Source: Nemertoderma westbladi (Eukaryota > Animalia > Xenacoelomorpha). Taken from it: a DNA stretch of 64,000 nt. The notes below the pieces were generated by a model that saw only the letters and a list, made by a program, of their open reading frames with translations, was not told where the DNA came from and made no database searches. Each line of letters begins with the position of its first letter. Positions within the stretch are counted from its first letter, which is position 1. This document shows positions 1 through 13,942 of this stretch, piece after piece. A program made the position numbers and the translations under genes. Location of the stretch: the NCBI GenBank assembly GCA_032718475.1, contig JAUCBJ010001802.1:67433-131432 (forward strand). The letters run 5' to 3'.

Positions 1-1157
1 TATCTCCATAGCAACGTGGTTGCTAGGGAAGCGGACTTTTTGACTCAAATTGGCCCTAGCCGGAGAACCGTAGACTTTTTTAACACATTATGTATGGCGA
101 AAAGTCTTCTGGATAAATTTTGGGGGGGGGGGGGTCTAGGAACATCCTATTGTTCGTTTTCGCTTAGTTGCTGAGATCCTCTCGTCCCCCAAATCCCAGG
201 ATTCTATAAAGGCATTCTGCTGGACTAGTTCCGTGGCCGGAATAGTGTTCGGTGTTCTGCGAACAGAGAACCTAATCGGTTTAGGGCCCTGACCGTCCAG
301 ATTGTTTTCTAAAAAATGTCCTAGAACAAAAAACATTTGTTCTAGAACATAATTTTTTAAAAAAGAATAGCTAATATATTCTGGAACATTTTCTATACAA
401 ATAGTAACAAGAACTAGGTACTACAAAATATTAATAGAGGGAAGTAGGATGTCGGAACCAGTGTCGAAATTACTAGCTAAACCTACCTAAAACACTAGCT
501 AACATACAATTTTGTATCTTACCTAACGAGGATGCTTCAATTACGTCCATTGACCAAATTGCAGCAAACGAAAATTTATAGAACTCTCCCCGTTAGGGCA
601 TTCCGCAGGGGGGGGGGGGGGGGGGGGGGGGCGTAGCGACGGGGAGAGGGGGACGTTCCCCCGGTAGCACAACCCAGGGGCGCTGAAATGTCAGGGAAAA
701 TGTCAGGGAATTCTTGTATAAATAGGACAAATCCGTGAAAATTCAAGCATTGTGATACAGTATTTAGAGGACATGTGTCATAAGCGAAGTGCACTCTATC
801 AAACTTGTGTAAAATAGATTTTGATTTAGTTATACAGTATACTATTGGATATATACTATTTAAGAAAACACGTCATAAAATGATCAAAAATGATTAATTC
901 GATTATTAAAATCTATATATTTGATCTTTTTTTAAAACCATATCAGATAATTCATAAGTGTGAATTTACTAAAAATAATAAACTATTTTTAATAGATAAT
1001 TCGAAAATAAGAAATCATATATCTATCCAATAATTTCAGTTTTCTGCAAAAATTGAGGTAGTAGTCGGGGGGAGGGGTTATGCAAATAGGTGTAGTTGAA
1101 TTTTTGACCCTTTCATTTTTTATTTATGTTCACAGTAAAAAATTTATAAATTAATTC

Positions 1158-4100
1158 CCCCATATTCGCTAGTCCTTGCCATTGTCCTGGTACTCTCTGT
1201 TCGCCATATTCGCTCCTCCTTGCTGTTGTCCCGGTACTCTCCATTCGCTGTATTCGCTACTCCTTGCCGTTGTCCCGGTACTCTCCGTTCGTCATATTCA
1301 CTCCTCCTTGCCGTTGTCCCGGGTACTATCCATTTGCCGTATTCGCTCCTCCTTGCCATTATCCCGAGTACTCTCTGTTCGCCGTATTCGCTCCACCTTG
1401 CCATTGTCCCATGTACTTTCCGTTCATCATTTTCGCTACTCCTTGCCATTATCCCAGGTACTCTCCATTCGCTGTATTTGCTCCTCCTTGCCATTGTCCT
1501 GGTACTCATACTCTCCATTCGCCATATTCGCTCCTCCTTGCCATTGTCCCGGGTACTCTCCATTTACCGTATTCACTCCTCCTTGCCATTGTCCCGGGTA
1601 CTCTCCATTACTGTATTTGCTCCCCCTTGCCATTGTCCCGGTACTCTCAGTTCGCCATATTCGCACCTCCTTGCCGTTGTCCCGGTACTCTCCATTCGCC
1701 ATATTCGCCCTTCCTTGCCGTTGTCCCGGGTACTCTCCATTTGCCGTATTTGCTCCTCCTTGCCATTATCCCGAGTACTCTCTGTTCGCCATATTCGCTC
1801 CTCCTTGCCATTGTCCCAGGTACTCTCTGTTCATTGTTTTTGCTACTCCTTGCCATTATCCCGGGTACTCTCCATTCGCCGTATTTGCTCCTCCTTGCCA
1901 TTGTCCCGAGTATTCTCTAATTGCCGTATTCGCTCCTCCTTGCCGTTGTCCCGGTACTCTCAATTCGCCATATTCGCTCCTCCTTTCCGTTGTCCCGGGT
2001 ACTCTCCATTTGCCGTATTCGCTCCACCTTGCCATTATCCCGAGTACTCTCTGTTTGCCGTATTCGCTCCTCCTTGCCATTGTCCCAGGTACTTTCCGTT
2101 CATCGTTTTCGATACTCCTTGCCATTATCCCAGGTACTCTCCATTCGCTGTATTTGCTCCTCCTTGCCATTGTCCTGGTACTCATACTCTCCGTTCGCCA
2201 TATTTGCTCATCCTTGCAATTGTCCCGGGTACTCTCCATTTGCCGTATTCGCTCCTCCTTGCTGTTGTCCCAGTACTCTCCATTCACTGTATTCGCTCCT
2301 CCTTGCCATTGTCCCGGTACTCTCTATTCGCCATATTCGCTCCTCCTTGCCGTTGTCCCAGGTACTCTCCATTTGCTGTATTCGCTCATCCTGGCCATTA
2401 TCCTGAGTACTCTCTGATTGCCGTATTCGCTCCTCCTTGCCATTGTCTCAGGTACTCTTCGTTCATCGTTTTCGCTACTCCTTGCCATTATACCGGGTAC
2501 TCTCCATTCACTGTATTTGCTCCTCATTGCCGTTGTCCCGGTACTCTCAGTTTGCCATATTCGCTCCTCCTTGCCGTTGTCCCGGTACTCTCCATTCGCC
2601 GCATTTGCTCCTTCTTGCCATTAACCCGGGTACTCTCCATTTGCCGTATTCGCTCCTCTTTGCCATTATCCCGAGTACTCTCTGTTCGCCGTATTTGCTC
2701 CTCCTTGCCATTGTCCCAGGTACTCTCTGTACATCGTTTTCGCTACTCCTTGCCATTATCCCGGGTACTCTCCATTCACCGTATTTGCTCCTCCTTGCTG
2801 TTGTCCTGAGTATTCTCCATTCACCATATTCGCTCCTCCTTGCCATTGTCCCAGGTACTCTCCATTTGCCGTATTCACTCCTCCTTGCTGTTGTCCCGGT
2901 ACTCTCCATTCCCCATATTCGCTCCTCCTTGCCGTTGTCCCGGTACTCTCCGTTCGCCATATTTGCTCCTCCTTGCCATTGTCCTGGTTACTCTCCATTT
3001 GCCGTATTTGCTCTTCCTTGCCATTGTCCCGGGTACTCTCCATGCGCCGTATTTGCTCCTTCTTGCCATTAACTCGGGTACTCTCCATTCTCCATATTCG
3101 CTAGTCCTTGCTGTTGTCCCGGGTAATCTCCATTCGCTATATGAGCTCCTTCTTACCATTATCCCGGGTACTCTCTGTTTGCCGTATTCGCTCCTTCTTG
3201 CGATGGTCCCGTGCACTCTCCGCTCCATTCGCCGTATTCGCTAGTCCTTGCTTGCTGTTGTCCCGGGAACTCTCAATTTGCAGTATTCCATATTCGCTCC
3301 ACCTTGCCATTGCCCCAGGTACTTTCTGTTAGCCGTAATCACTCCACCTTGCCATTGTCCTGGGTACTCTCCATTCGCTGTATTCGCTCGTCCTTGCCGT
3401 TGTCCCGGGTACTCTCCTTACGCCGTATTCGTTCCTTCTTGCCATTGTCCCGGCTACTCTCCATTAGCCGTATTTGCTCCTCGTTGCCGTTGTCCCGGTA
3501 CTCTCCATTCGCCATATTCGCTCTTCCTTGCCGTTGTCACGGGTACTCTTCATTTGCCGCATTCACTCCTCCTTGCCATTATCCCAAGTACTCTCTGTTT
3601 GCCATATTCACTCCTCCTTGCCATTGTCCCAGGTACTCTCTGTTCATCGTTTTTGCTACTCCTTGCCATTATCCGGGTACTCTCCATTCCCCATATTTGC
3701 TCCTCCTTGCCATTGTCCCAGGTACTCTCCATTTGCCATATTCGCTCCTCCTTGCCATTGTCCCGGGTACTCTCCATTTGCCATATTCGCTCCTCCTTGC
3801 CATTGTCCCAGGTACTCTCCATTTGCCGTATTCACTCCTCCTTGCTGTTGTCCCGGTACTCTCCATTCGCCATATTCGCTCCTCCTTGCCGTTGTCCCGG
3901 TACTCTCCGTTCGCCATATTTGCTCCTCCTTGCCATTGTCCTGGTTACTCTCCATTTGCCGTATTTGCTCTTCCTTGCCATTGTCCCGGGTACTCTCCAT
4001 GCGCCGTATTTGCTCCTTCTTGCCATTAACTCGGGTACTCTCCATTCTCCATATTCGCTAGTCCTTGCTGTTGTCCCGGGTAATCTCCATTCGCTATATG

Positions 4101-5961
4101 AGCTCCTTCTTACCATTATCCCGGGTACTCTCTGTTTGCCGTATTCGCTCCTTCTTGCGATGGTCCCGTGCACTCTCCGCTCCATTCGCCGTATTCGCTA
4201 GTCCTTGCTTGCTGTTGTCCCGGGAACTCTCAATTTGCAGTATTCCATATTCGCTCCACCTTGCCATTGCCCCAGGTACTTTCTGTTAGCCGTAATCACT
4301 CCACCTTGCCATTGTCCTGGGTACTCTCCATTCGCTGTATTCGCTCGTCCTTGCCGTTGTCCCGGGTACTCTCCTTACGCCGTATTTGTTCCTTCTTGCC
4401 ATTGTCCCGGCTACTCTCCATTAGCCGTATTTGCTCCTCGTTGCCGTTGTCCCGGTACTCTCCATTCGCCATATTCGCTCTTCCTTGCCGTTGTCACGGG
4501 TACTCTTCATTTGCCGCATTCACTCCTCCTTGCCATTATCCCAAGTACTCTCTGTTTGCCATATTCACTCCTCCTTGCCATTGTCCCAGGTACTCTCTGT
4601 TCATCGTTTTTGCTACTCCTTGCCATTATCCGGGTACTCTCCATTCCCCATATTTGCTCCTCCTTGCCATTGTCCCAGGTACTCTCCATTTGCCATATTC
4701 GCTCCTCCTTGCCATTGTCCCGGGTACTCTCCATTTGCCATATTCGCTCCTCCTTGCCATTGTCCCGGTACTCTCCGTTCGCCATATTCGCTCCTCCTAG
4801 CCATTGTCTCGGGTACTCCCCATTTGCCGTATTCGCTCCTCCTTGCCGTTGTCCCGGGTACTCTCCATGCGCCGTATTTGCTCCTTCTTGCCATTAATCC
4901 AGGTACTCTCCATTTGCCGTATTCGCTCCTCCTTGCCATTATCCCAAGTACTCTCTGTTCGCCATATTCGCTCCTCCTTGCCATTGTCCCAGGTACTCTC
5001 TGTACATCGTTTTCGCTACTCCTTGCCATTATCCCGGGTACTCTCCATTCACCATATTTGCTCCTCCTTGCTGTTATCCTGAGTATTCTCCATTCGCCGT
5101 ATTCGCTCCTCCTTGCCATTGTCCCAGGTACTCTCCATTTGCCGTATTCACTCCTCCTTGCCATTGTCCTGATTCTCTCCATTCTCCATATTCGCTCCTC
5201 CTTGCCGTTGTCCCGGTACTCTCCGTTCGCCATATTCGCTCCTCCTTGCCATTGTCCTGGTTACTCTCTATTTGCCGTATTCGCTCCTCCTTGCCATTGT
5301 CCCGGGTACTCTCGATGCGCCGTATTTGCTCCTTCTTGCCATTAACTCGGGTACTCTCCATTCGCCGTATTCGCTAGTCCTTGCTGTTGTCCCGGGTAAT
5401 CTCCATTCGCTATATGAGCTCCTTCTTACCATTATCCCGGGTACTCTCCATTTGCCGTATTAACTCCTTCTTGCGATGGTCCCGTGCACTCTCCGCTCCA
5501 TTCGCCGTATTCGCTAGTCCTTGCTTGCTGTTGTCCCGGGAACTCTCAATTTGCAGTATTCCATATTCGCTCCTCCTTGCCATTGTCCTGGTACTCTCCA
5601 TTCGCTGTATTCGCTCCTCCTTGCCGTTGTCCCGGGTACTCTCCTTACGCCGTATTTGTTCCTTCTTGCCATTGTCCCGGGTACTCTCCATTCGCCATAT
5701 TTGCTCCTTCTTGCCGTTGTCCTGGGCACTCTCCATTCGCCGTATTCGCTACTTCTTGCCATTGTCCCAGGGACTCTCCATTCGCTGTATTCACTCCTCC
5801 TTGCCATTGTGCTGGGTACTCTCCTTGCGCCGTATTTGTTCCTTCTTGTCATTGTCTCGGGTACTCTCCATTCGCCGTATTTGCTCCTTATTTCCATTGT
5901 CCTGGGCACTCTCTGTTCGCCGTATTCGCTAGTTCTTGCAGTTGTCCCGAGTACTCTCCGT
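1158..5961. repeat. 45-bp (44-45) pyrimidine-rich minisatellite array, ~4.8 kb, with higher-order duplications
   Basis: Unit approx CTCCTCCTTGCCATTGTCCCGGGTACTCTCCATTCGCCGTATTCG; 15-aa periodicity in the ORF track; identical ORFs at 3108 and 4065 show a 957-bp block duplication. Confidence 0.97.
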
Positions 5962-6543
5962 TTTTGCTTTTGCTTTTTAGTATTAGATATCTGAATGTTT
6001 TGTTATCAGATTGTTTTCAAATTTTGAATAATTTTTAAACTAAAAACACCAATATCTCTGGCTATTTTAGTATCTTATTGAATTCTGTAAACGCCATTGT
6101 GTTTTTGTGAGATTATTGCATCTAATTAATCTGGTTTTGAATTTGAGTCGTGTACCCCATTCTTCTCATTCGGAGTCTAGAAACTTCGATTTTATATATT
6201 CCAAGTTGGTTCAATTTTGTTATAAGTCTACTCTAGGCCTACGTATCTATAAAGTCCCATTTCAACACTACATTGATATATATTTGGTACGGAAAGGAAT
6301 CTATTTACAAAAATAGAAATTCCCATGGAAAAAATTTCCCGGCATAAATGGAAATGCCTGAGGCATAGCTGTAAAAGAGCTGAAATAATTTCATTGCTGT
6401 ACATTGTAAGATTATTTTTTAAATCTGAAATATAATACTAAGTAGTTCTTTCAACATTGCGGGACTAATAATCGAAGGAAGGACTTTAGACACTCACACG
6501 GTATAAACGTGGGATAGGCCTATGCATGAATTTGAGAAATTAA

Positions 6544-7438
6544 GGGGGGGGGGGGGGGGGGGGGGTGGGGTATACCCTCCATCAGGTAAAATTTTCAAAT
6601 TATTGTTTCTTTATCTCACCTAGAGCAGAATTTAATGAGGATTACAAATCTGAAAACCGCTTAGTGAGACCTCTTTCAGTTCTCGAGTTATCACTGTTTT
6701 TCCGTATGACGGTCTGTCCGTCAAATTGTAAGAAAGACAGAAGACCGACAGACAGACAGATAGACTAGATTCCACTAAAAATTAAAACTGACATCGGAAA
6801 TGAAATCAGCGACCTCGAAAACCCCAGTAATGAACATTTTAGCTCGTTGGTGTGCATCATTCGTGCCAGAAATAATTAACCAACCAGAACACAGACAGCC
6901 AATTTTGGCGGGACGGTTTAAACTTTGAAGGGCATTTTCTCGGAATGACAATTTTCATTTTCAAATTACTACTCCTCCGTCATTTTTCAACCAATTTTCT
7001 TCGTTTATGGCTCATTCGAACGAGCTTTGGAAGCTCTTTAAAAGTTATCTTATGGAATTTTGATAAATATTACCATTTTTTCTAATTAGCCATTTTTAAT
7101 TAAAAATATGATAATTAATTAATTAAAATAAAATTGGCTAATTAAAAATTCTATAAGATAACTTTTGTAGAGTCGATCACGCTGAGTCCAAAAAAAATTG
7201 GTTTCAAGAAATTTGGACCAAAATTGAGGGACTAGTAGCAATTTTAGTGAAATCTTTAATTCCTCCGCCAGCCGCTAGGGGGAGGCTACAAATTTTCAAA
7301 TTTTACTATAAAGGCTATTTGGCCTTCCATACAGTGGTTGACCATGACAAAATAGCAATATTATCATTTAACACTAATTGACAGCCATTTTAAAAAAAGG
7401 TTCATGGGGGGGTATACCCCCCCCCCCCCGCCCCCCCC
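6544..7438. mobile_element. Non-autonomous Kolobok-like DNA transposon (MITE)
   Basis: TTAA on both flanks (6540-6543, 7439-7442); termini G-run..GGGTATACCC / GGGTATACCCC..C-run form a TIR; no ORF. Confidence 0.7.
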
Positions 7439-7671
7439 TTAATTGGGTCTGCATCATTTAATTTCAAATTGAAAACATAAAATATGTAATTTACGTTTGA
7501 TTGGTAAATATACTTACTATGAAATTAAAAATCACAAACATAATATCTTGTAACTTCGTTAGTAGAATTTCAAACGATTACATTTTTACAAATAGCCCCT
7601 ACAGTAAATCACACAGTAAGCCGCAGGTCATCGGATAGGCATCCAATAATGTTCAGCGTTAGATACAATTC

Positions 7672-7910
7672 TTAAATATCAAATGTTTCCTCCCTTCCAA
7701 CCCGAATCCTTTTGGCCCTATCATTACGTTTTTTATTTTTCTCATTTTTGTTTCTTTCCCAATTTGATAACATCCTCAGAGGTATATGCATCAACCCCGC
7801 CAATATTAATATCGCACCGGGAATGGCGAACGAGAGAACATAGTTTTTACATTGGTCCATATTGCATTCACCGTCTATCGTATTTTTGCTTGAGCTGTCC
7901 GCCAAATAAC
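7672..7910 (-). CDS. SLC16/MCT-like transporter, exon 7 (last coding exon)
   Basis: Acceptor TTCAG|GT; phase 1 gives GYLADSSS..YVLSFAIPGAILILAGLM (TM12); stop at 7672-7674. Confidence 0.88.
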
Positions 7911-8315
7911 CTGAATACAACAAAAATACAGCATAATGTATGTAGGCTTGGGCTTACTGTAGATTTGAGTTTTCAATTTCGCGTGAATACTGTTGGGGCC
8001 TATATATTTCACAAATCTTACTGCTGATCATGACCATTTACGAACATGAACTGAATACAGGGTCCGATCCATCGAAAAATCACCAACCATTTGTTACTAC
8101 AGTAGATGAACTGCAAATAAACACTTACCAGTTGTAGTAGAACCATATAAATTCGGTTGCCACACATTCCTAAAGCCTGTCTAACTGGAAGCGAATAGAG
8201 AGGGGCAGGATAACTTGAGGCAAATCCGAAAAGCGAATTAATATCTATGCTAATATCATTTGAGGGAAAGGAGCAGGTTAAATCTAAACAATAAACTAAA
8301 GTCAATAGAACCGGT

Positions 8316-8995
8316 TAGGCCTACCCCCTAGCTAAAAGTTTCAAAAACGTGTTTTTTATTGCATCTGGAGCAGAATTTATGTGGATTTCAAATCTGAAAA
8401 CCGCTTAGAGAGATCTATTTTAGTTCTCGAATAATCGTGGAATAACTGTCTGCCAATCTATCTGTCAAAAGGTAATCCAGTCAGACAGACAACGAACAGA
8501 TAGACACACGACATTCCACCAAATATTAAAACTGACATCGGGAATGAAATCAGCGACCCTGAAAACCACCATAAATATAATTTTAACTCGGCGATGTGCT
8601 TCTTTCATGTCAGACACCATTAACCAGCCAGACACCATACAGGTAGGTTTGCGCGGGATGTTTTGAAATTTGAAGGCGATTATCTCAGAATGAAAATTTT
8701 TTGCTCGAAAAATACTACTCATCCGCAATTTCTTAACAGTTTCTCGCAATTTATGCTTTATATGAAAGGTAATTTCATAAGCTTCAATAAATTTCACGCA
8801 CTTTTCTTAATTTAATAAATATTTCCCCATTTTTGAATGAAAAATTACAAAAAACATGGGGTTTTTCAGTTTTTTAAATTTTTTTTTGATGATTCTCTTT
8901 TCGATAGAATATCGTTTTCTATGCATTTCTTGGAGACATCTGCAAAATAAAAAAAACAACAGGGTGGCTACCCCCCCCCCCCCCCCCCCCCTCAC
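8316..8995. mobile_element. Left-truncated relative of the 6544-7438 Kolobok-like MITE
   Basis: Shares GAGCAGAATTTA..CAAATCTGAAAACCGCTTAG and AAAACTGACATCGG..TGAAATCAGCGACC blocks; ends GGCTAC(C)n..TTAA. Confidence 0.6.
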
Positions 8996-9612
8996 TTAAG
9001 TATATACTGTAGAATACTTATATTTCGGATACAAAAGTTTAGCCTAAACAAAGGCCATTATTTAGGCCTAGTTTCTCCCGATACCATCTATCAGTTTCAA
9101 ACACAGTACATTTAAGCCAAACTCCCGTCCTTGCAAGGTCACCCAGCCTGTGAATTAAGACTACCTAACTATAGGTCAACTTTACAGTAAGCAACGCAAT
9201 GCCAATTCTCCACACAACTTATCATTAATTTTGTATCGGTGAAAAATTTTGAGAATAAAAAAAATAGTTTTCTTAAATGAACCAGTATGCTGTGTACTAC
9301 TGTAAGCTTATACCTAAATTTATAATACTTATTAGAGTAAAATAATCACCGTATTAGTAAAATAAACTTTACAAACTTTAAACTTTATAAACATTACATT
9401 ACATTAGGGATTACATAACATTACATTACGTTACAGACTATGTACTGGTTCAAACTACGAAGTTAAGTTAAGTTTCGAATATAATATAATATTATGTCGT
9501 TGCAAAATTGAAATAAAGTAATAAAGTAAATAGTAATAAAGTACAGTAAATAATACAGTAGGCCTACTGTAACGCCAGTGTCTGTATGTACAGTAGAGTA
9601 ATTTAAACATAC

Positions 9613-9744
9613 CAGCGAAGGGTGTTCCCGCGAGTATAGGTGCTCCCATAAATAGCAATATCCATCCAAACATAGTACTCGTACTGATACTACTTGTTGA
9701 CATCAGCTCTTTGACCAATAACATTCTCGATGTAATGAAATAAG
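9613..9744 (-). CDS. SLC16/MCT-like transporter, exon 6
   Basis: TTTTAG|CT acceptor, G|GTATG donor, 132 bp, phase 1-1; AYFITSRMLLVKELM..MFGWILLFMGAPILAGTPFAG (TM10 end to TM11). Confidence 0.88.
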
Positions 9745-9851
9745 CTAAAATTTAGGAAAAATAATGTACAACAGGCGCCTGTATATTAAAACATTATTAT
9801 TATTGTTGTATACAAAATAAGTTAATTGCGACACAAAGTATGGTTTGGAAT

Positions 9852-11381
9852 GGTGTTCCCCCTGAGGTCTTTAAAATACCTGAGTGTTTAAAGCTCATCT
9901 ATCCCATCATAGTAGACATGTACCGAACAACAAGAGTCCCACAAGAAATGAAAACAAATAAGTTGGTGCCAGTTCCCAAGAAGGGCAACCTAACACTCTA
10001 TGGTTCTTTTCGGGGAATCTCATTGATCTCGATTGCTGCAAAGCTATACAATAGGATTCTATTAAATCGCATCAGGGATCCCATTGAGAGACTGCTCCGT
10101 GGAAATCAGAATGGGTTCCGTAAAGGTCGTGGTACCATGGAGCCCATTCTGGCACTTAGAAGGATAATTGAAGAATTATCAAAAAAGAAAGACAGGCATC
10201 TGGCTGTTATCTTTGTTGACTTCTTCAAGGCCTTTGATTCAGTCTCTCGCTCACGTATGTTCTGTTCAGCATACTTTCATTATATGGGATTCCTGATGAA
10301 ATTATTGCAGCAATAAGATCAGTATACGATGGTTCGACAACATTTGTGTCTACTGTTGACGGTGACACAGAACCATTTGAAGTGTTATGGGGCGTCCTCC
10401 AAGGAGACACACTTGCACCATTCTTGTTCATTATTGTGGTTGACTATGTTCTACGCATGTCCTTAGATCATCATAATGATGATGGGGTGATGATAACTCC
10501 ACCTACTGGCTCCAGAAGTCGAGGAAATCCTGCCAAGTACCTAACTGATCTAGACTTTGCTGATGACTTAGGAGTACTCTCAGAATCACTAGAGGGAGCC
10601 CAACGGCTCCTCAGCTCATTAGAACATGCTGCTTCTAGTGTTGGTCTTTTTATTAACTCCAGAAAGACCAAAATTTTGACAGTTAACTTTGAAAGTCCTC
10701 AGCAAGTCTCTGATCGGATGAGCATAAGCTCAAAGGATGGTATGCTTGAGCATGTGGACGACTTCTGTTACCTGGGATCATGGATCCGGAAGTCAGGTGA
10801 GGACCTTCGAATACGTAAGGGCAAGGCATGGGCAGCCTTGAATAGGCTTTCCAGGATTTGGAAGTCACCGAGAATTAATCGGAAACTTAAGGTCCGATTA
10901 TTTAGAGCAGCAGTAGTTCCAGTACTCCTCTACGGGAGTCCATGCTGGGCTCTAACTGCTGAGGACACCAAATCTCTGGATGGCACATTCACAAGAATGC
11001 TACGCCGGGTTCATTGTGTCAAGTACAATGCACACATCTCCAACCAGACACTATATAACATTGGAGGTGTCTCATTGGTTCCCCCAAGCTTGACACTAGA
11101 ACAAAATCGCCTCCGCTTTGCAGGACATTGCTTTCGCCGTGAGGACCAGCCAGTGCATAATCTTGTACTTTGGCAGCCTCATGGAGTGAATAAGCATGGT
11201 GGACAGCCCATGACTTTCTTGAGACGCATCTTAAAGGACACTGGCCTTGAAGATGCGGATGATCTAGCAAATGTCATGGGTGATAGGGAGTTGTGGCGGT
11301 GCAATTTTATTGACAAGCCGGCACAGCATTCTTAAAAATGCAGCTGCAATGCAGCATGCCGATCCTAGGTGTAGTAGTAGT
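9852..11381 (+). mobile_element. 5'-truncated RTE-clade non-LTR retrotransposon (RT domain, one frameshift)
   Basis: PVPKKGNL..FRGISL, NQNGFRKGR, FVDFFKAFDSV, GVLQGDTLAPFLF, LDFADD, YLGS motifs; (GTA)n tail; TSD AGTATGGTTTGGAAT at 9837-9851 and 11382-11396. Confidence 0.93.
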
Positions 11382-11555
11382 AGTATGGTTTGGAATAATG
11401 ACAAGAAAAAAATATTGTTATAGTACTGGTAATCATTTTTACCGGTACTTTAAGCACCATTTTCGTATACCATTGTCTGCCATTCATGTCATACCTAGTG
11501 ACGGTGTCCTAGAAGGCACGATACGGAACCGACCTTTTATTTCATAAAAGAACAG

Positions 11556-13942
11556 TGTAAAAGCTTTTGTGGGATATAACTGGCCCTTTTGCTTCGCAAT
11601 CCAGTTTCCCTCAATGCGCTCAAATACTCTAAAGAAAAACTCCCTAACTCAAATGATGCAAGCTACCGGCTGATTGGCTGATTTGCTGTACGTATGGCCT
11701 CTTTGTTCTGTTCGATCAACCAACCAGAGCAAGGTCAACCAAGCAGAGTGATTCATCCTGTGTGTTGGCTAAGGGCTGCAAAAATCCGAATAGTTCGGCA
11801 TTTAGACATTCGTGGAATCTGTGGAATATGGAACTCTGCCAATGAGAGCTTTTCCTCTTTGTGTTGAAAGCTTGCAACAGCTCACAGGGTTCAGTGTGTT
11901 GGTTTTCCTGATGCCATGAACATCAGCTATGGAATTATTCTGTTTTATTCCAACATTAGAACGGCTTTAATTATGAGAACACATAACTGTTACCGGTACG
12001 GTACGGTACGGTACGGTACGGTACGGTACGGTACGGTACGGTACGGTACGGTACGGTACGGTACGGTACGGTACGGTACGGTACGGTACGGTACGGTACG
12101 GTACGGTACGGTACGGTACGGTACGGTACGGTACGGTACGGTACGGTACGGTACGGTACGGTACGGTACGGTACGGTACGGTACGGTACGGTACGGTACG
12201 GTACGGTACGGTACGGTACGGTACGGTACGGTACGGTACGGTACGGTACGGTACGGTACGGTACGGTACGGTACGGTACGGTACGGTACGGTACGGTACG
12301 GTACGGTACGGTACGGTACGGTACGGTACGGTACGGTACGGTACGGTACGGTACGGTACGGTACGGTACGGTACGGTACGGTACGGTACGGTACGGTACG
12401 GTACGGTACGGTACGGTACGGTACGGTACGGTACGGTACGGTACGGTACGGTACGGTACGGTACGGTACGGTACGGTACGGTACGGTACGGTACGGTACG
12501 GTACGGTACGGTACGGTACGGTACGGTACGGTACGGTACGGTACGGTACGGTACGGTACGGTACGGTACGGTACGGTACGGTACGGTACGGTACGGTACG
12601 GTACGGTTCGGTACGGTACGGTACGGTACGGTACGGTACGGTACGGTACGGTACGGTACGGTACGGTACGGTACGGTACGGTACGGTACGGTACGGTACG
12701 GTACGGTACGGTACGGTACGGTACGGTAAGGTACGGTACGGTACGGTACGGTACGGTACGGTACGGTACGGTACGGTACGGTACGGTACGGTACGGTACG
12801 GTACGGTACGGTACGGTACGGTACGGTACGGTACGGTACGGTACGGTACGGTACGGTACGGTACGGTACGGTACGGTACGGTACGGTACGGTACGGTACG
12901 GTACGGTACGGTACGGTACGGTACGGTACGGTACGGTACGGTACGGTACGGTACGGTACGGTACGGTACGGTACGGTACGGTACGGTACGGTACGGTACG
13001 GTACGGTACGGTACGGTACGGTACGGTACGGTACGGTACGGTACGGTACGGTACGGTACGGTACGGTACGGTACGGTACGGTACGGTACGGTACGGTACG
13101 GTACGGTACGGTACGGTACGGTACGGTACGGTACGGTACGGTACGGTACGGTACGGTACGGTACGGTACGGTTCGGTACGGTACGGTACGGTACGGTACG
13201 GTACGGTTCGGTACGGTACGGTACGGTACGGTACGGTACGGTACCTACTGCTGTATTGCACATTATTTACTGCTATTTACTGTTTGTTATTAATTGTATC
13301 AGTTGTTTACATATTGTTATTTGGAGAATAACGATAAATGATCAGAAACCCTGATCTTCTTGATACACTAAGGTTAGAGAGACCGGTTACATATAGCAAT
13401 TGCGACTTATATTATCGTGGTTTGTAGTGAATTGAATGCTATTTTATAGGCCCTACAAATGTCGGTTGCTATTCTCTTTATATATGATTAAAATCAGTGA
13501 CTATCGGCAATTCAGTGTGCAGCGGTGTGCAATAGTCTGTATGTGCTTGTCCGCGTAACAAAGCATCTCCTAAAGAATGCGCCTTATGTGTAACTTATAA
13601 TCCATTCCGTTGTGTTTAGTGTAAGCCATAGCTCTGTTTATATAGATAGAGCGCCACGTCCTAAAGGAACTGCTAATATTTCCCGAAAGTGAATGATATT
13701 TGTCAGGAATTATATTAACGATCAATCGAATAGTACGGTAGGCCTGCACCGCAATCAAATTAAAGCATCCGAATCCAGTCTCCCGGGTATATCCAGCGGG
13801 TGAATGGTCGCGCATAGACTGGCTTCGGCTAATGTTGGATTTATTTGTGTCAAATACTTGTCATAGGCTAAAGTCGATTTATAACCTAGAAGACATATAG
13901 ATTTGGCGGGTTAAACTGCCAAAGGTCTTAAAAGCGCGAACA
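11556..13942 (+). repeat. 5' LTR of element A (2387 bp, enlarged by microsatellite)
   Basis: Matches 22929-24093 except for roughly ten small differences and the GTACG array. Confidence 0.95.
11994..13244. repeat. (GTACG)n pentanucleotide microsatellite, ~250 units
   Basis: Near-perfect array with four single-base interruptions. Confidence 0.99.

Noticed and set aside
1-1100. Probable DNA-transposon ends and G-runs
   Set aside because: No matching terminus or TSD identifiable within the window
1144-6038. Dozens of long overlapping ORFs
   Set aside because: Products of a stop-poor 45-bp minisatellite; frames shift with 44/45-bp units
11916-13331. 471-aa (YGTVR)n ORF and antisense ORFs
   Set aside because: Translation of the GTACG microsatellite
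13570-13815. 81-aa minus-strand ORF repeated at 23721-23966
   Set aside because: Identical only because it lies in both LTRs; no recognisable domain
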